From NCBI GenBank assembly GCA_012515615.1, contig JAAYYB010000308.1:7761-71760 (forward strand): a stretch of 64,000 nucleotides of DNA. The letters run 5' to 3'. The number at the start of each line of letters is the position of its first letter. The stretch's first letter is position 1. Below are positions 9,856 to 19,420 of the stretch, one piece after another. Origin of the DNA: Fibrobacter sp. Its GTDB lineage: Bacteria > Fibrobacterota > Chitinivibrionia > Chitinivibrionales > Chitinispirillaceae. The notes under the pieces were generated by a model that saw only the letters and a list, made by a program, of their open reading frames with translations, searched no databases and was not told where the DNA came from. The translations under genes and the position numbers were made by a program.

Positions 9856-10269
9856 GTGAGTAATCAGAAACCGTTTCGGATATTGTTGGTCGATGATGAA
9901 CCCGGGATACGCAAAATTCTGAGGTTATTTCTGGAACTGGAAGGTTTCAGCGTTCTGGAAGCGATTACGGCCAATCAGGTGATCTCTGTAATAAGCAAAG
10001 AAAAACCACAGCTTGTAATCCTTGATGTTATCCTGTGTGGTCAGACCGGGTTTGATGTTTGTGAATGGATAAAAAATAATCCGGAAACAAAAGACATAAT
10101 TGTATTTCTGTTCACCGCTCTGAATCAGGATCATGATTATCATGAGGGGCAGAGGGTCGGGTGTGATCTGTATTTGACAAAGCCCCAGAATCCAAAAGAT
10201 ATAGTTGAGAAAGTAAATCAGTTTTTGAATAATAAGTATTATAACCAAACTAATCCCATAAACCAGTAG
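9856..10269 (+). CDS. Stand-alone CheY-like response regulator receiver protein
   Basis: 137 aa with a GTG start. It has the LLVDDEP acidic pocket, an LVILDV phospho-acceptor Asp context and a conserved Lys in LTKP. There is no output domain. Confidence 0.8.
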   Translation: MSNQKPFRILLVDDEPGIRKILRLFLELEGFSVLEAITANQVISVISKEKPQLVILDVILCGQTGFDVCEWIKNNPETKDIIVFLFTALNQDHDYHEGQRVGCDLYLTKPQNPKDIVEKVNQFLNNKYYNQTNPINQ

Positions 10270-10311
10270 ATACTGCGCTGGGCAAATTTCGGAAAGGATC
10301 TTGTCAGACCC

Positions 10312-11985
10312 ATGAAAAAAAACAGTCCTCTTGCGATACTGCTAACACTGGCGGTGGTTGGGATCACCGTCTATTTCCTGATCCCTACCTTTATATATTA
10401 TTCTAAAAGTCCACAGGCCCGGGAAACGTATCTCCATGATAATCCCCGGATCATGAAAAAAATCCTGAATCTCGGTCTTGACCTTCAGGGCGGTATGCGT
10501 CTTGTACTTGAAATCGACAGATCAAAACTGGAAAAAGGTCAGGATAAAGACGTGCTTGACCGGGCATATACCATTATTGAAAACAGAATCAATGCTCTTG
10601 GTGTTGCCGAGCCGACCATTCAGAAACAGGGAAAAGACAGGATCATCGTTGAACTGCCCGGGCTCAAAGATGAATCTTCTGCAAAGAGTGTTATTGGCCG
10701 GACTGCTCAGCTTGAGTTTAATCTCCTCAGAGAGCCCGCTCAGCTTGAGCACGCCATCAACCTGATCGACAATGTCATTGCAGGAAAGGCATCTAAAGAC
10801 ACTGCGGCAGCTTCTGACACAAGCGCCGCCGGCGAAAAAGAAAAGCAGAAGCTGGCAGAGCAGCTGTTTAAAGGCTCCGAGGCAGAGGACACATCGGAAG
10901 AAAAAGCACCGGAAAAAACAGCAGAAGCCCGTTCTTTTAAAGAACTGCTCGTTTCGCTTGGAGATCAGGTGGGAGTAAACATGGATAACGTTCCCAGAGT
11001 GAGTACGATACTGGCTCGTCAAGATGTCCGCCAGGTACTTGAGAGAGCCGGACTGGGGGGGAATTCGTTTCTGTGGTCACATGATACAACAAAGCTGGAA
11101 GGCGGATTTTACCGTGTTCTTTACTATGTAAAGAGCTCTCCTGAAATGCGCGGTGATCTCATTAAAGATGCGCGGGCATCGATCGACCAGAGTGGTTTCA
11201 GGGCCGGTGGTGCAAAGGTTGATCTGGAAATGAATGCCAAAGGCGCCCGCAGATTCTCATCTGTTACAGCAGCCAACGTCAATAAGTTCCTGGCCATCGT
11301 TCTTGACAGCACAGTCTATTCGGCACCAAGAATCATACAGAAGATTCCGCTTGGAAGAGCCGAGATAACAGGAAGCTTTACACTGGAAGAGGCTAAGAAT
11401 CTGGCGATCGTGCTGCGTGCCGGTGCGCTTCCTGCTCCGGTTAATATCATTGAAGAACGTATTGTCGGGCCGTCGCTTGGTCAGGACTCTATAGATAAAG
11501 GTATCATGGCCGCCATCATTGGCACAGCACTGGTTTTTGTGTTCATGCTGTTCTACTACAGACTCAGCGGTGTTATTGCTCTGATAGTCCTGATTCTTAA
11601 CATAGGGATAGTGCTTGCTGTCATGGCCGGAGTAAACGCCACTCTTACTCTCCCCGGTATCGCGGGTATAATCCTGCTTATCGGTATGGGTGTGGATGCC
11701 AACGTGATCATTTTTGAGCGTGTACGAGAGGAACTGGGGCTGGGCAAAACCGCAAAGAGTGCCATTGACGCAGGGTACTCCAATGCTTTTGTCACGATTA
11801 TGGATTCCAACCTTACTACTCTTATCACCGCGTTCATTCTGCTGTGGAAAGGTACTGGCCCCATCAGGGGATTTGCCATAACCCTTATTTTCGGTATTGT
11901 AGCATCACTGTTTACAGCGCTGTTTGTATCGCGTATAATGATGAACATGTTTTTCCAGAAAAGTAAAAACACATTGAGCATCTAA
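10312..11985 (+). CDS. secD: Protein translocase subunit SecD
   Basis: 557 aa with an N-terminal TM, the LGLDLQGGM motif, a large periplasmic domain and a C-terminal 5-TM bundle. It is followed by secF. Confidence 0.9.
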   Translation: MKKNSPLAILLTLAVVGITVYFLIPTFIYYSKSPQARETYLHDNPRIMKKILNLGLDLQGGMRLVLEIDRSKLEKGQDKDVLDRAYTIIENRINALGVAEPTIQKQGKDRIIVELPGLKDESSAKSVIGRTAQLEFNLLREPAQLEHAINLIDNVIAGKASKDTAAASDTSAAGEKEKQKLAEQLFKGSEAEDTSEEKAPEKTAEARSFKELLVSLGDQVGVNMDNVPRVSTILARQDVRQVLERAGLGGNSFLWSHDTTKLEGGFYRVLYYVKSSPEMRGDLIKDARASIDQSGFRAGGAKVDLEMNAKGARRFSSVTAANVNKFLAIVLDSTVYSAPRIIQKIPLGRAEITGSFTLEEAKNLAIVLRAGALPAPVNIIEERIVGPSLGQDSIDKGIMAAIIGTALVFVFMLFYYRLSGVIALIVLILNIGIVLAVMAGVNATLTLPGIAGIILLIGMGVDANVIIFERVREELGLGKTAKSAIDAGYSNAFVTIMDSNLTTLITAFILLWKGTGPIRGFAITLIFGIVASLFTALFVSRIMMNMFFQKSKNTLSI

Positions 11986-12010
11986 CTTTATTAATGGGGT
12001 CTTATTCGCT

Positions 12011-12928
12011 ATGGTTCAATTTTTCAAGAAAACAAACTTTAATTTCATCAAGTACAGTAAACTGGCTATAACTATTTCGATTGTATTTGTACTTGTAAGC
12101 ATTGCCTTCATTTTCGTTCACCGGGGATTGAATTTCTCGGTGGATTTTGCGGGCGGCACCCTTGTTCAGGTCAAATTCGATAAACCGGTGAAGGATGACC
12201 TGGGGAAGATACGTACTATTGTCAACAATCTGGGATTGGGATCACCCGAGGTAAAGACAATCGGAGTGGCAGCCAATAATGAGCTCCAGATCACCGTCGC
12301 AAAACAGGAGAATGAAGAAACCAATGTCGCAAATGTAATCCGCGATGCTTTCTCTAAAGACTATAAAGAGAATGGTTTTGAGATAAGACGTGTTGAAAGT
12401 GTCGGTCCTAAAATCGGGGGAGAACTGAAAAGAGATGCCCTCATTGCCACGATCCTTTCCCTGATAGCCATCCTGATATATGTAGGTTTCCGTTTTAACC
12501 TGCCCTTTGGAGTGGCATCGGTTGTTCCACTATTCCATGACGTGCTTATAACTGTGGGTGTATTCATCATTTTTGATCTGGAGATCTCCCTTACTTTTAT
12601 CGCAGCCATATTGACGATTGTGGGATATTCATTGAACGATACCATTGTTATCTTCGACAGAATAAGAGAGAATATGCGCGGCGGGCTCAGAGGAAGGAAT
12701 TTTGCCGAGCTGGTCAACAGCAGCATAAACCAGACTCTTTCCAGAACAGTCAATACCGCTATGACCACGTTCTTTGTGGTTGGTTCGCTCTATTTTCTTG
12801 GCAGTGAGGCAATAAAGGACTTTGCGCTTGCCATGATGGTGGGTGTTGTTGCTGGTACCTATTCTACTATCTACATCGCCAGCCCGATCCTCTTGTGGTG
12901 GAACAATAAAAAACCGATAGCAAAATAA
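12011..12928 (+). CDS. secF: Protein translocase subunit SecF
   Basis: 305 aa with the DFAGGT motif, a C-terminal TM bundle and the LNDTIVIFDRIREN signature. Confidence 0.9.
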   Translation: MVQFFKKTNFNFIKYSKLAITISIVFVLVSIAFIFVHRGLNFSVDFAGGTLVQVKFDKPVKDDLGKIRTIVNNLGLGSPEVKTIGVAANNELQITVAKQENEETNVANVIRDAFSKDYKENGFEIRRVESVGPKIGGELKRDALIATILSLIAILIYVGFRFNLPFGVASVVPLFHDVLITVGVFIIFDLEISLTFIAAILTIVGYSLNDTIVIFDRIRENMRGGLRGRNFAELVNSSINQTLSRTVNTAMTTFFVVGSLYFLGSEAIKDFALAMMVGVVAGTYSTIYIASPILLWWNNKKPIAK

Positions 12929-12940
12929 TCCGACTTTACT

Positions 12941-12970
12941 GCCTCCGGTCTTTCCGGAGGCATTTTATTT
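12941..12970 (+). terminator. Rho-independent terminator after secF
   Basis: GCCTCCGGTCTTTCCGGAGGC is followed by ATTTTATTT. Confidence 0.75.
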
Positions 12971-13010
12971 CTCTTCGAAGTAACTTTAAAAGCCCGGGCA
13001 GAGTTGATTT

Positions 13011-13679
13011 ATGAAAAGATGCCTCCGGTTTGCTTTGCCAACGATCCTTCTGATATGCGGTCTCTTCGGGCAGGTTGCGGCTCAGCAATGCGGTTTTACC
13101 CTTGCAAGGCTCAAATACGGCGGCGGCGGAGACTGGTACGCCAACCCCTCATCACTCCCCAACCTGATTAAAGCTGTAAAGCAGCGCACATTGATACCCG
13201 TTTGTGACACTGTAGCCGTAGTCAGCATAACCGATAAGGATCTTTTTCATCACCCTTTTCTTTACATGACCGGACATGGTGATATTCGATTGACAAACGC
13301 AGAAAAGATGCGGCTCCGCAAGTTTCTTATCGGGGGAGGATTTCTGTGGGCCGATGACAACTACGGTCTCGATCAGTCGCTGCGGCGTGAACTGGCCTCT
13401 ATTTTTCCTGAAAACCCTCTCACTGAACTTCCGTCCAGCCACCCCGTCTACACCAGCTTCTACAAACTTCCGGGGCTTCCCAAGATTCATGAACATGACA
13501 GCAAACCTGCACAGGGGATGGGTATCTTTTTTGAAGGGCGGATGGTGGTCTTTTATTCCTACAGCTCTGATATAGGAGACGGGATGGAGGATCTGCATGT
13601 GCATAATGACGGCCAGGAGCTTCATGAACTGGCTCTGAGAATGGGTGTAAATGTAATCTCATGGTTTTTTAATCCATGA
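13011..13679 (+). CDS. DUF4159-type secreted protein
   Basis: 222 aa with a signal peptide. The RLKYGGGGDWYANPSSLPNL and GGFLWADDNYG motifs are as I remember them for DUF4159. Confidence 0.65.
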   Translation: MKRCLRFALPTILLICGLFGQVAAQQCGFTLARLKYGGGGDWYANPSSLPNLIKAVKQRTLIPVCDTVAVVSITDKDLFHHPFLYMTGHGDIRLTNAEKMRLRKFLIGGGFLWADDNYGLDQSLRRELASIFPENPLTELPSSHPVYTSFYKLPGLPKIHEHDSKPAQGMGIFFEGRMVVFYSYSSDIGDGMEDLHVHNDGQELHELALRMGVNVISWFFNP

Positions 13680-16600
13680 TGCAGCAAAAAGTCAAAAAGT
13701 TTGTGGCCGGTGTGCGGAGAAGGACTGCCCTTAGAAGAGCCGCAGCGGGTGCCGCGCTTATCCTGACTGCTTTTTTACTCAGCTCAACCCTTCTTGATAT
13801 CTTCTTTGCAGCCTTTCCTCTTGTCTTTTTCCCTCTACTGCTGAACATTACTTTTGTGCTCGCTGTTCTGTGCACGGCTGCCTGGATTTTAGACTGCTTT
13901 ATTTTTCATTTTCCCGATCTTTATACAACCGCAGTTTCACTGGAGCGCGGCAGCGGTCAGCCTCATTCTTTACTTTCGATTTCCCTGGAGCTTGATAAAA
14001 ACGGACACCCCGGTCAGCTTGCCGGGCAGGTTCACAAGATTGCCGCTGAACAGTTGCCGCTGTTTAAAGAGAAGAAGGATAATGCCCTGAAACGAAACAT
14101 GCTGCTCTTTTCAGGCTCGCTTCTTATCTATGTTGCAATGCTTGCCGCAATTGAGCCCAATGTTTCTGCATACTGGCGGATGCCTCTCTCTTTTCTTAAC
14201 AAAGCAGATGCGGGTATTTCTCCGGGTTCAGTCAAAATAAAGATGAATGCATCAGTAGAGATGGCCTTGACACCGATTAAAACACATTTCCCGTCGTGCC
14301 GGATCCTTGTTTCAGATGCTGATGGCGGCATCAGTAAAAGCCGCTTTCTGCGCCCGGACAGCTCTGGCAACTTCGTTTTCAAAATAGACAGCGTAAAAGA
14401 ATCTTTCACCTACCGTTTTTTGTATGGGGGAAAGACCTTTGGTCCTGAATCTGTGTCGGTCATAGCTCCCCCTGTACTTTACAGCCTGCAGGTAATGCTT
14501 TCTCCTCCAGCCTACACCGGTCTCAAGCAGACAACACTTCCGGAGGGTCAGGGGGATTTTTCGGCTTACGCGGGAACAAAAGTCAAAATTGCTTTGGAGG
14601 CAGAAGGGCTGGCGGATGCATGGGTTGTACTTGATAGTGATTCTCTCAGGATGAGGGTAAAAGAAAACAGGGCAGAGTCGGAATTTACAGTATGGAAACA
14701 GTCGGAGTATACTATAGCCCTGAGAGATACCTACGGTCAGTTCAGCGATTCTCTTCCCTCTTTTGGGATAGGGGTAATTCCTGATGAGCCGCCTGTGGTG
14801 CATTTCCTCAAACCGGGTTTCAATAAAAACCTCTCACCGGCAATGGTTGAGACTCTCTGGGTAGAAGGTGTTGACGATCTGGGAATCAGAAGCACCGAAA
14901 TCATGTACTGTAAAGGCGGGGAGTGTCAGGATACAGTACTGAGGTGGGATATCTCTTCACCGGTGAAAGAACGTATAGTCAGAAAACAGGTGGTATGGAA
15001 TTTAAACCGTCTCTCCCTTTACCCCGGGGATACTCTTTTTTACTGGGCACGGGTGCGGGATTCAAAGCCATTTGCGCCGCTGCAGGTTGCTTTCAGCGAT
15101 ACTTTCTGGTTCAGGGTCCCGGGGTTTGAAGAGATTCATAGAAAGATTGTCGAACAGGAAAAGAGCGCGGAAAAGGCAATTGGGGAGGTCAGGGAAAAAC
15201 AGGACAAGCTGGAAGACATGCTTGATAATCTGGTAAAATCCGCAACCGGCAGTGAGGAGCTTACCTGGGATCAGAAACAGATATTGCAGGATGTAAAGGA
15301 AACGATCCGGGCTCAGGCCGATACCCTCCGTAAAGCCATAGAATCACTTCAGGACAATATTGAACGGCTCAAAAGTGAAGGACAAATGGGTGAAGAGATT
15401 ACCGGTAAGATGGAACAGATACAGAAATCTCTGAAAGAACTGGTGGACCTGTTTGGAGACAGCCTTCTGGCGAATCTGCAGAGTAAACAGGAGATCTCCT
15501 GGGATGAGATGAGGGAAGCCGTAAAGCAGGCCACAGAGATGCTTCCTGAGCTGAATGAAAGGCTCGATAACACGCTGCAGTTTCTTGAGCTGCTGAAAAA
15601 AGACAGGGAGATGGCCACTCTTGCAATGCAGGCTGAAAAACTGGCCGCAGAACAATCAGAATTGCAGCAAAACAGAGATAACAGCAACTCTCTTTCAGAG
15701 CAAAAAAGGCTTCTCGATCGCATTGAAAAGTATACCAAAGAGCTCTCCAATCCAGAGGAGAACGATCCGTTAATCACAGAATCTGCACAATCCGTTGATT
15801 CCCTGCGCAGGCAGATGAGCTCCCAGTCATCACAAAACCAGATGCCGTCATCAGAAAGCATGAACAGCATGAGCTCTTCGCTGCTTTCACTTTCACAAGA
15901 GCTTCGGGAGATGATGATTTCCGGCAGGAGCCAGCGCATGCAGGTTGAGATGGGTTTGATGCTTGATCTGGCCCGTGATGCTCTGAGCCTTGCAGAGTGG
16001 CAGAAATCTTTGAGAGAACAGATGCTGGAAGATGATGACAGGGTCAAGATTGCCAGATCGCAGCAGGCAATTAACGATGCCCTGACGAAACTGCATCCCA
16101 AAACAGACAGTCTACGAGCCATTCCGCCCTTTATGAAACAGGAGCTCCGGGAAAAACTTCTTTCTTCTCAGAGTGAATCGCAAACTGCTTTACAATCATT
16201 AGGAGAGTCAGGCAGTACAGAACCTATGCGTCAAAGCCAGAATTCTCTTAATGCCCTTGCTGAAACTATCCTGGGGGCAGTTTCCATGATGGAGGGGCAG
16301 CAGCAATCACAGGGGTCCTGCTCAGCAGGAGGGATGCTTGAGGGATTAAGGCAGCTTTCAGGAAGGCAGGCTGCAATAAACTCGGCAACATCAGAGCTGC
16401 TGCGGCAAATGATGTGTCAGAGGCCCGGCAGCGGAGAAGGCGCACAGGGAGGAGAGGGTTCCCGGGAGGCAAGACAGGAGGCTCAGGCTGCGCAGAAGGC
16501 GCTTGCTGAGGAACTGAAGAAACTGGCCGAAAAATTTGGAGACGGGGAAAGTGGAGCTATGAGCAAGAGGGTTGAGGAGCTGGAGAAGGAGGCCCGGAGA

Positions 16601-16915
16601 ATAGCGGAGATGCTGGAAAACCCCAGACAGGAGATTTCCGAACGTCAAGACCGGTTTCTCTCAAGAATGCTTCAGGCGGCTCTTTCGCTTAACCGCCAGG
16701 ATGAAGGCAAGGAGGAGCGCAAATCCAGAACGGCTGAGAATATCTTTACTGAAAATAAAAGTGTCAGGCCGGGAGAAATTCTTGATGATCCGGATACTTT
16801 CCATCTGATCAGGCGTAAAGCACTTCAGGGCAATTTCCCGGAAAGCTACAGACCGGCCGTGAAGGCATATTTTGATTCGCTGGGTATTATGTTTCTAAAC
16901 AAGGCCGCACCGTAA
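13676..16915 (+). CDS. Large membrane-anchored coiled-coil / low-complexity protein (family uncertain, possibly DUF4175-like)
   Basis: 1079 aa with N-terminal TM segments, a central beta-rich region, then long Q/E/S-rich coiled coils. Its start overlaps the DUF4159 gene stop (ATGA). Confidence 0.6.
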   Translation: MMQQKVKKFVAGVRRRTALRRAAAGAALILTAFLLSSTLLDIFFAAFPLVFFPLLLNITFVLAVLCTAAWILDCFIFHFPDLYTTAVSLERGSGQPHSLLSISLELDKNGHPGQLAGQVHKIAAEQLPLFKEKKDNALKRNMLLFSGSLLIYVAMLAAIEPNVSAYWRMPLSFLNKADAGISPGSVKIKMNASVEMALTPIKTHFPSCRILVSDADGGISKSRFLRPDSSGNFVFKIDSVKESFTYRFLYGGKTFGPESVSVIAPPVLYSLQVMLSPPAYTGLKQTTLPEGQGDFSAYAGTKVKIALEAEGLADAWVVLDSDSLRMRVKENRAESEFTVWKQSEYTIALRDTYGQFSDSLPSFGIGVIPDEPPVVHFLKPGFNKNLSPAMVETLWVEGVDDLGIRSTEIMYCKGGECQDTVLRWDISSPVKERIVRKQVVWNLNRLSLYPGDTLFYWARVRDSKPFAPLQVAFSDTFWFRVPGFEEIHRKIVEQEKSAEKAIGEVREKQDKLEDMLDNLVKSATGSEELTWDQKQILQDVKETIRAQADTLRKAIESLQDNIERLKSEGQMGEEITGKMEQIQKSLKELVDLFGDSLLANLQSKQEISWDEMREAVKQATEMLPELNERLDNTLQFLELLKKDREMATLAMQAEKLAAEQSELQQNRDNSNSLSEQKRLLDRIEKYTKELSNPEENDPLITESAQSVDSLRRQMSSQSSQNQMPSSESMNSMSSSLLSLSQELREMMISGRSQRMQVEMGLMLDLARDALSLAEWQKSLREQMLEDDDRVKIARSQQAINDALTKLHPKTDSLRAIPPFMKQELREKLLSSQSESQTALQSLGESGSTEPMRQSQNSLNALAETILGAVSMMEGQQQSQGSCSAGGMLEGLRQLSGRQAAINSATSELLRQMMCQRPGSGEGAQGGEGSREARQEAQAAQKALAEELKKLAEKFGDGESGAMSKRVEELEKEARRIAEMLENPRQEISERQDRFLSRMLQAALSLNRQDEGKEERKSRTAENIFTENKSVRPGEILDDPDTFHLIRRKALQGNFPESYRPAVKAYFDSLGIMFLNKAAP

Positions 16916-16919
16916 TACT

Positions 16920-17528
16920 TCAGAAGAAAATTCCCAGCCGTGCCATGTAGTTTGCAGGGTAATCTTTTCCAGATCTGTCAACTATGACATAGGCCTTTAC
17001 TTCCGCATTCAATTGCACATCAGAGGTACGGAAAAACTGAAAGCCGGCTGATCCCCCGAAACTAAGGCCGAAAAAATTATCACCACTGGCTCTGGTGTAT
17101 CCAAATCCCATATCCCCTCCTATAAACGGGGAGATATCGGAGGGAACAGGGTAGAGATTGGCTCCGATACTTATTCCCGCTAAAATACTATGATCAAAAT
17201 CTGTTGTAGCTTCAGTAAGCAGCTTTAAACCGGCATACCTGGCGACGTCCCAATAGCTTCCGCCGTAGAAATTGTAGGCCAGTCCTGCTGATTCTATGTT
17301 GTCGAGATTGGCCGGCCCGAAACCAAATGCGGTAAACCGGGTTGCCTTCTTTTTGGAAAGACCTGCGGGTTTACCACCGTTTGATGTATCGGCACCGCTG
17401 ATTGTGTCGGAGCTGTCCTGCTCATTTATGATTATGTCTACATCGCTGAGAAGTTCTTCTGTGGTGTCAGGATCACCTGCTGAGCAGAATGCGGCGGATA
17501 AAAATACCAGCATCAGGGCATAAAGCAT
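16920..17528 (-). CDS. Small outer-membrane beta-barrel protein
   Basis: 202 aa with a signal peptide (MLYALMLVFLSAAFCSAG), alternating Gly/aromatic beta-strand pattern and a C-terminal ...LGIFF beta-signal. Confidence 0.5.
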   Translation of the reverse strand: MLYALMLVFLSAAFCSAGDPDTTEELLSDVDIIINEQDSSDTISGADTSNGGKPAGLSKKKATRFTAFGFGPANLDNIESAGLAYNFYGGSYWDVARYAGLKLLTEATTDFDHSILAGISIGANLYPVPSDISPFIGGDMGFGYTRASGDNFFGLSFGGSAGFQFFRTSDVQLNAEVKAYVIVDRSGKDYPANYMARLGIFF

Positions 17529-18312
17529 CTTTGCCTCCTGGAAGGGTTTTCATTTAACCAGAATGCAAGATGAGGGCCAGTGATATTAGAGGAAGTATAG
17601 ATAAAAAGGGTAGTTCACTATTCTGAAATAACCAGCTTGTTAATGAGGTTGGTTACTCCGTTTGTGTATTCTGCGGCATTGCAGGAGGCTTAATAGGACT
17701 GGCCAGTCGTGTACCTTCCCATTTTAAACGTACCCGTGGCAATTAATAATTCGTAATTTACAGTTTATTTTTTTTTGGAAGAGGGTGCCCCCTCTTTTGC
17801 TCAAGCCCGTCGAAGACGCCGGTCTTGCGCTATCACCCCTTGTTGTCCGCCGGTTGCAAAGGCAGGCAATTTCATCACATTTTCAACCGCCCTTGCGGCC
17901 GCACTGACGAACTGTAGGTAGATTAAAACGGATTGTAGCCTGGAAGAATTCAAGCATATACTGGAGATTCACAAGTCGCATTCCTGCAGAGGTGTCCGGC
18001 GGACGTCTCTATAGTGGCAATTTCACCTGCATTCTTTTTATCAAATATCCTCTTTTTCCCAAGCTGCCATTGAAAGTTGATAGAAATGAGGCAAATTCCT
18101 GATCAGCCTGAAAGGCTGAATTAACCCGGCGAAGGGCCACCTGAAAAACGTCGCCCTGCTGCAAAAACGCCGGGGCGGCTTTATTTCTTTCTTCATTGGC
18201 TCTCCTCCAGCGGGAGACCATAGCGTCTATAGTGAAGAAGATTCCGCCCTCTTTCCGGCACACTAATTGCATCATTCATTCAAGACCGGCTCCCTAAAAC
18301 TTTAGGGGCGTC

Positions 18313-19269
18313 ATGTTTATTCCCGCAAATTCGTTATTCTTTCCCGCCCAAGGGGGGTTATCGATGACCGGAAGACTGCGGAGAAATCCGCTCTGCTTCT
18401 CTATTATCTCGATTCTAAAAGGCAGTAGATTCTTTTTTATTTCTGAAAAAAACAGTTCTCAATTTTTCCAAATCACCAGGGTTAAGCTTCTGCTTATTCT
18501 GTTTCTTTTTACTTTGACCCTGGGGGGAGCATGTAGAGGAATTCTCTACCTTTTTTTACAGGCCCGTAATTTAGTCTCTATACAGCTGGAAAACAGGAAA
18601 AGTAATCAGTTAAATATCTGCCAGAATCTTTTGAGCGGCTATCTCTGCGAGGTGTTGGAGAGCTTTGATTCACAGCCGGTAAAAGGCGGGGAAATTGAGG
18701 GAGGCTTAGGGTGCGGGGTGTACAAGGCCGGGCTGAGATCAGTTGATTATAATAATCTTTTGACCGGGAGTTTCAGTTCTTTCTTCAATCTTTCCTCCCT
18801 TAAGCTTCAGCCGGAAATACTGGATAGGCCTGTTTTTAGAGAAGATCAGATGCAGGGGCGGATCTCATTTCTTTGCCCTGTTGAGGGACAGATCACCTCC
18901 TATTTCGGTAATCGTACCGATCCTGTTTTCGAAGGGGCGGCACATCATAACGGGATAGATATTGCAGGCAGACTCTGGTCGCCTGTTTACTGTTCTTTTG
19001 CCGGCAGGGTGATATTTGCCGGAAACAGGTCAAGATGGGGGAATGTGGTCATAGTAGATCATGGAGAGAACGGCTACCAGACAATTTATGCCCATTTACA
19101 GAAGATCAGCACAAAAAAAGGGCATACGTTGTCTGCAGGGCAGGTGATTGGTTATCTGGGTAATACCGGAAAAAGTACAGGTCCTCACCTTCATTATGAG
19201 GTTCGTCAAATGGCAAAACCAATGGATCCGCTTCTTGTTCTTATCCCTTCAGATACAGTGGTCGATTGA
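18313..19269 (+). CDS. M23/LytM-family peptidoglycan endopeptidase (start uncertain)
   Basis: The C-terminal domain carries HHNGIDIAG and GNTGKSTGPHLHYEV zinc motifs. A TM segment (LLLILFLFTLTLGGA) is present. The true start may be the ATG near 18364. Confidence 0.8.
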   Translation: MFIPANSLFFPAQGGLSMTGRLRRNPLCFSIISILKGSRFFFISEKNSSQFFQITRVKLLLILFLFTLTLGGACRGILYLFLQARNLVSIQLENRKSNQLNICQNLLSGYLCEVLESFDSQPVKGGEIEGGLGCGVYKAGLRSVDYNNLLTGSFSSFFNLSSLKLQPEILDRPVFREDQMQGRISFLCPVEGQITSYFGNRTDPVFEGAAHHNGIDIAGRLWSPVYCSFAGRVIFAGNRSRWGNVVIVDHGENGYQTIYAHLQKISTKKGHTLSAGQVIGYLGNTGKSTGPHLHYEVRQMAKPMDPLLVLIPSDTVVD

Positions 19270-19324
19270 ATTTGACTTTTTTCCCTCCGTATGCTATTTT
19301 CAGTAGTTCATCCTTGAATTTTGT

Positions 19325-19398
19325 GGCAGCGTAGCTCAGACGGTTAGAGCAGTGGAATCATAATCCACGTGTCGGGGGTTCGATTCCCTCCGCTGCTA
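19325..19398 (+). tRNA. tRNA with CAT anticodon (elongator Met or lysidine-dependent Ile2)
   Basis: Manual cloverleaf: acceptor GGCAGCG/CGCTGCT (G1-U72 wobble), D arm GCTC-AGACGGTTA-GAGC, anticodon arm GTGGA-ATCATAA-TCCAC, T arm GGGGG-TTCGATT-CCCTC. No CCA is encoded. It is not initiator-like. Confidence 0.85.
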
Positions 19399-19420
19399 CT
19401 CCTCTTTCGCCCAGTAAATT

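Noticed and set aside
18009-18275. 88-aa minus-strand ORF in the 780-bp gap.
   Set aside because: It has no SD, an unnatural composition and no operon context. It was kept only as part of the 'unexplained spacer' finding.
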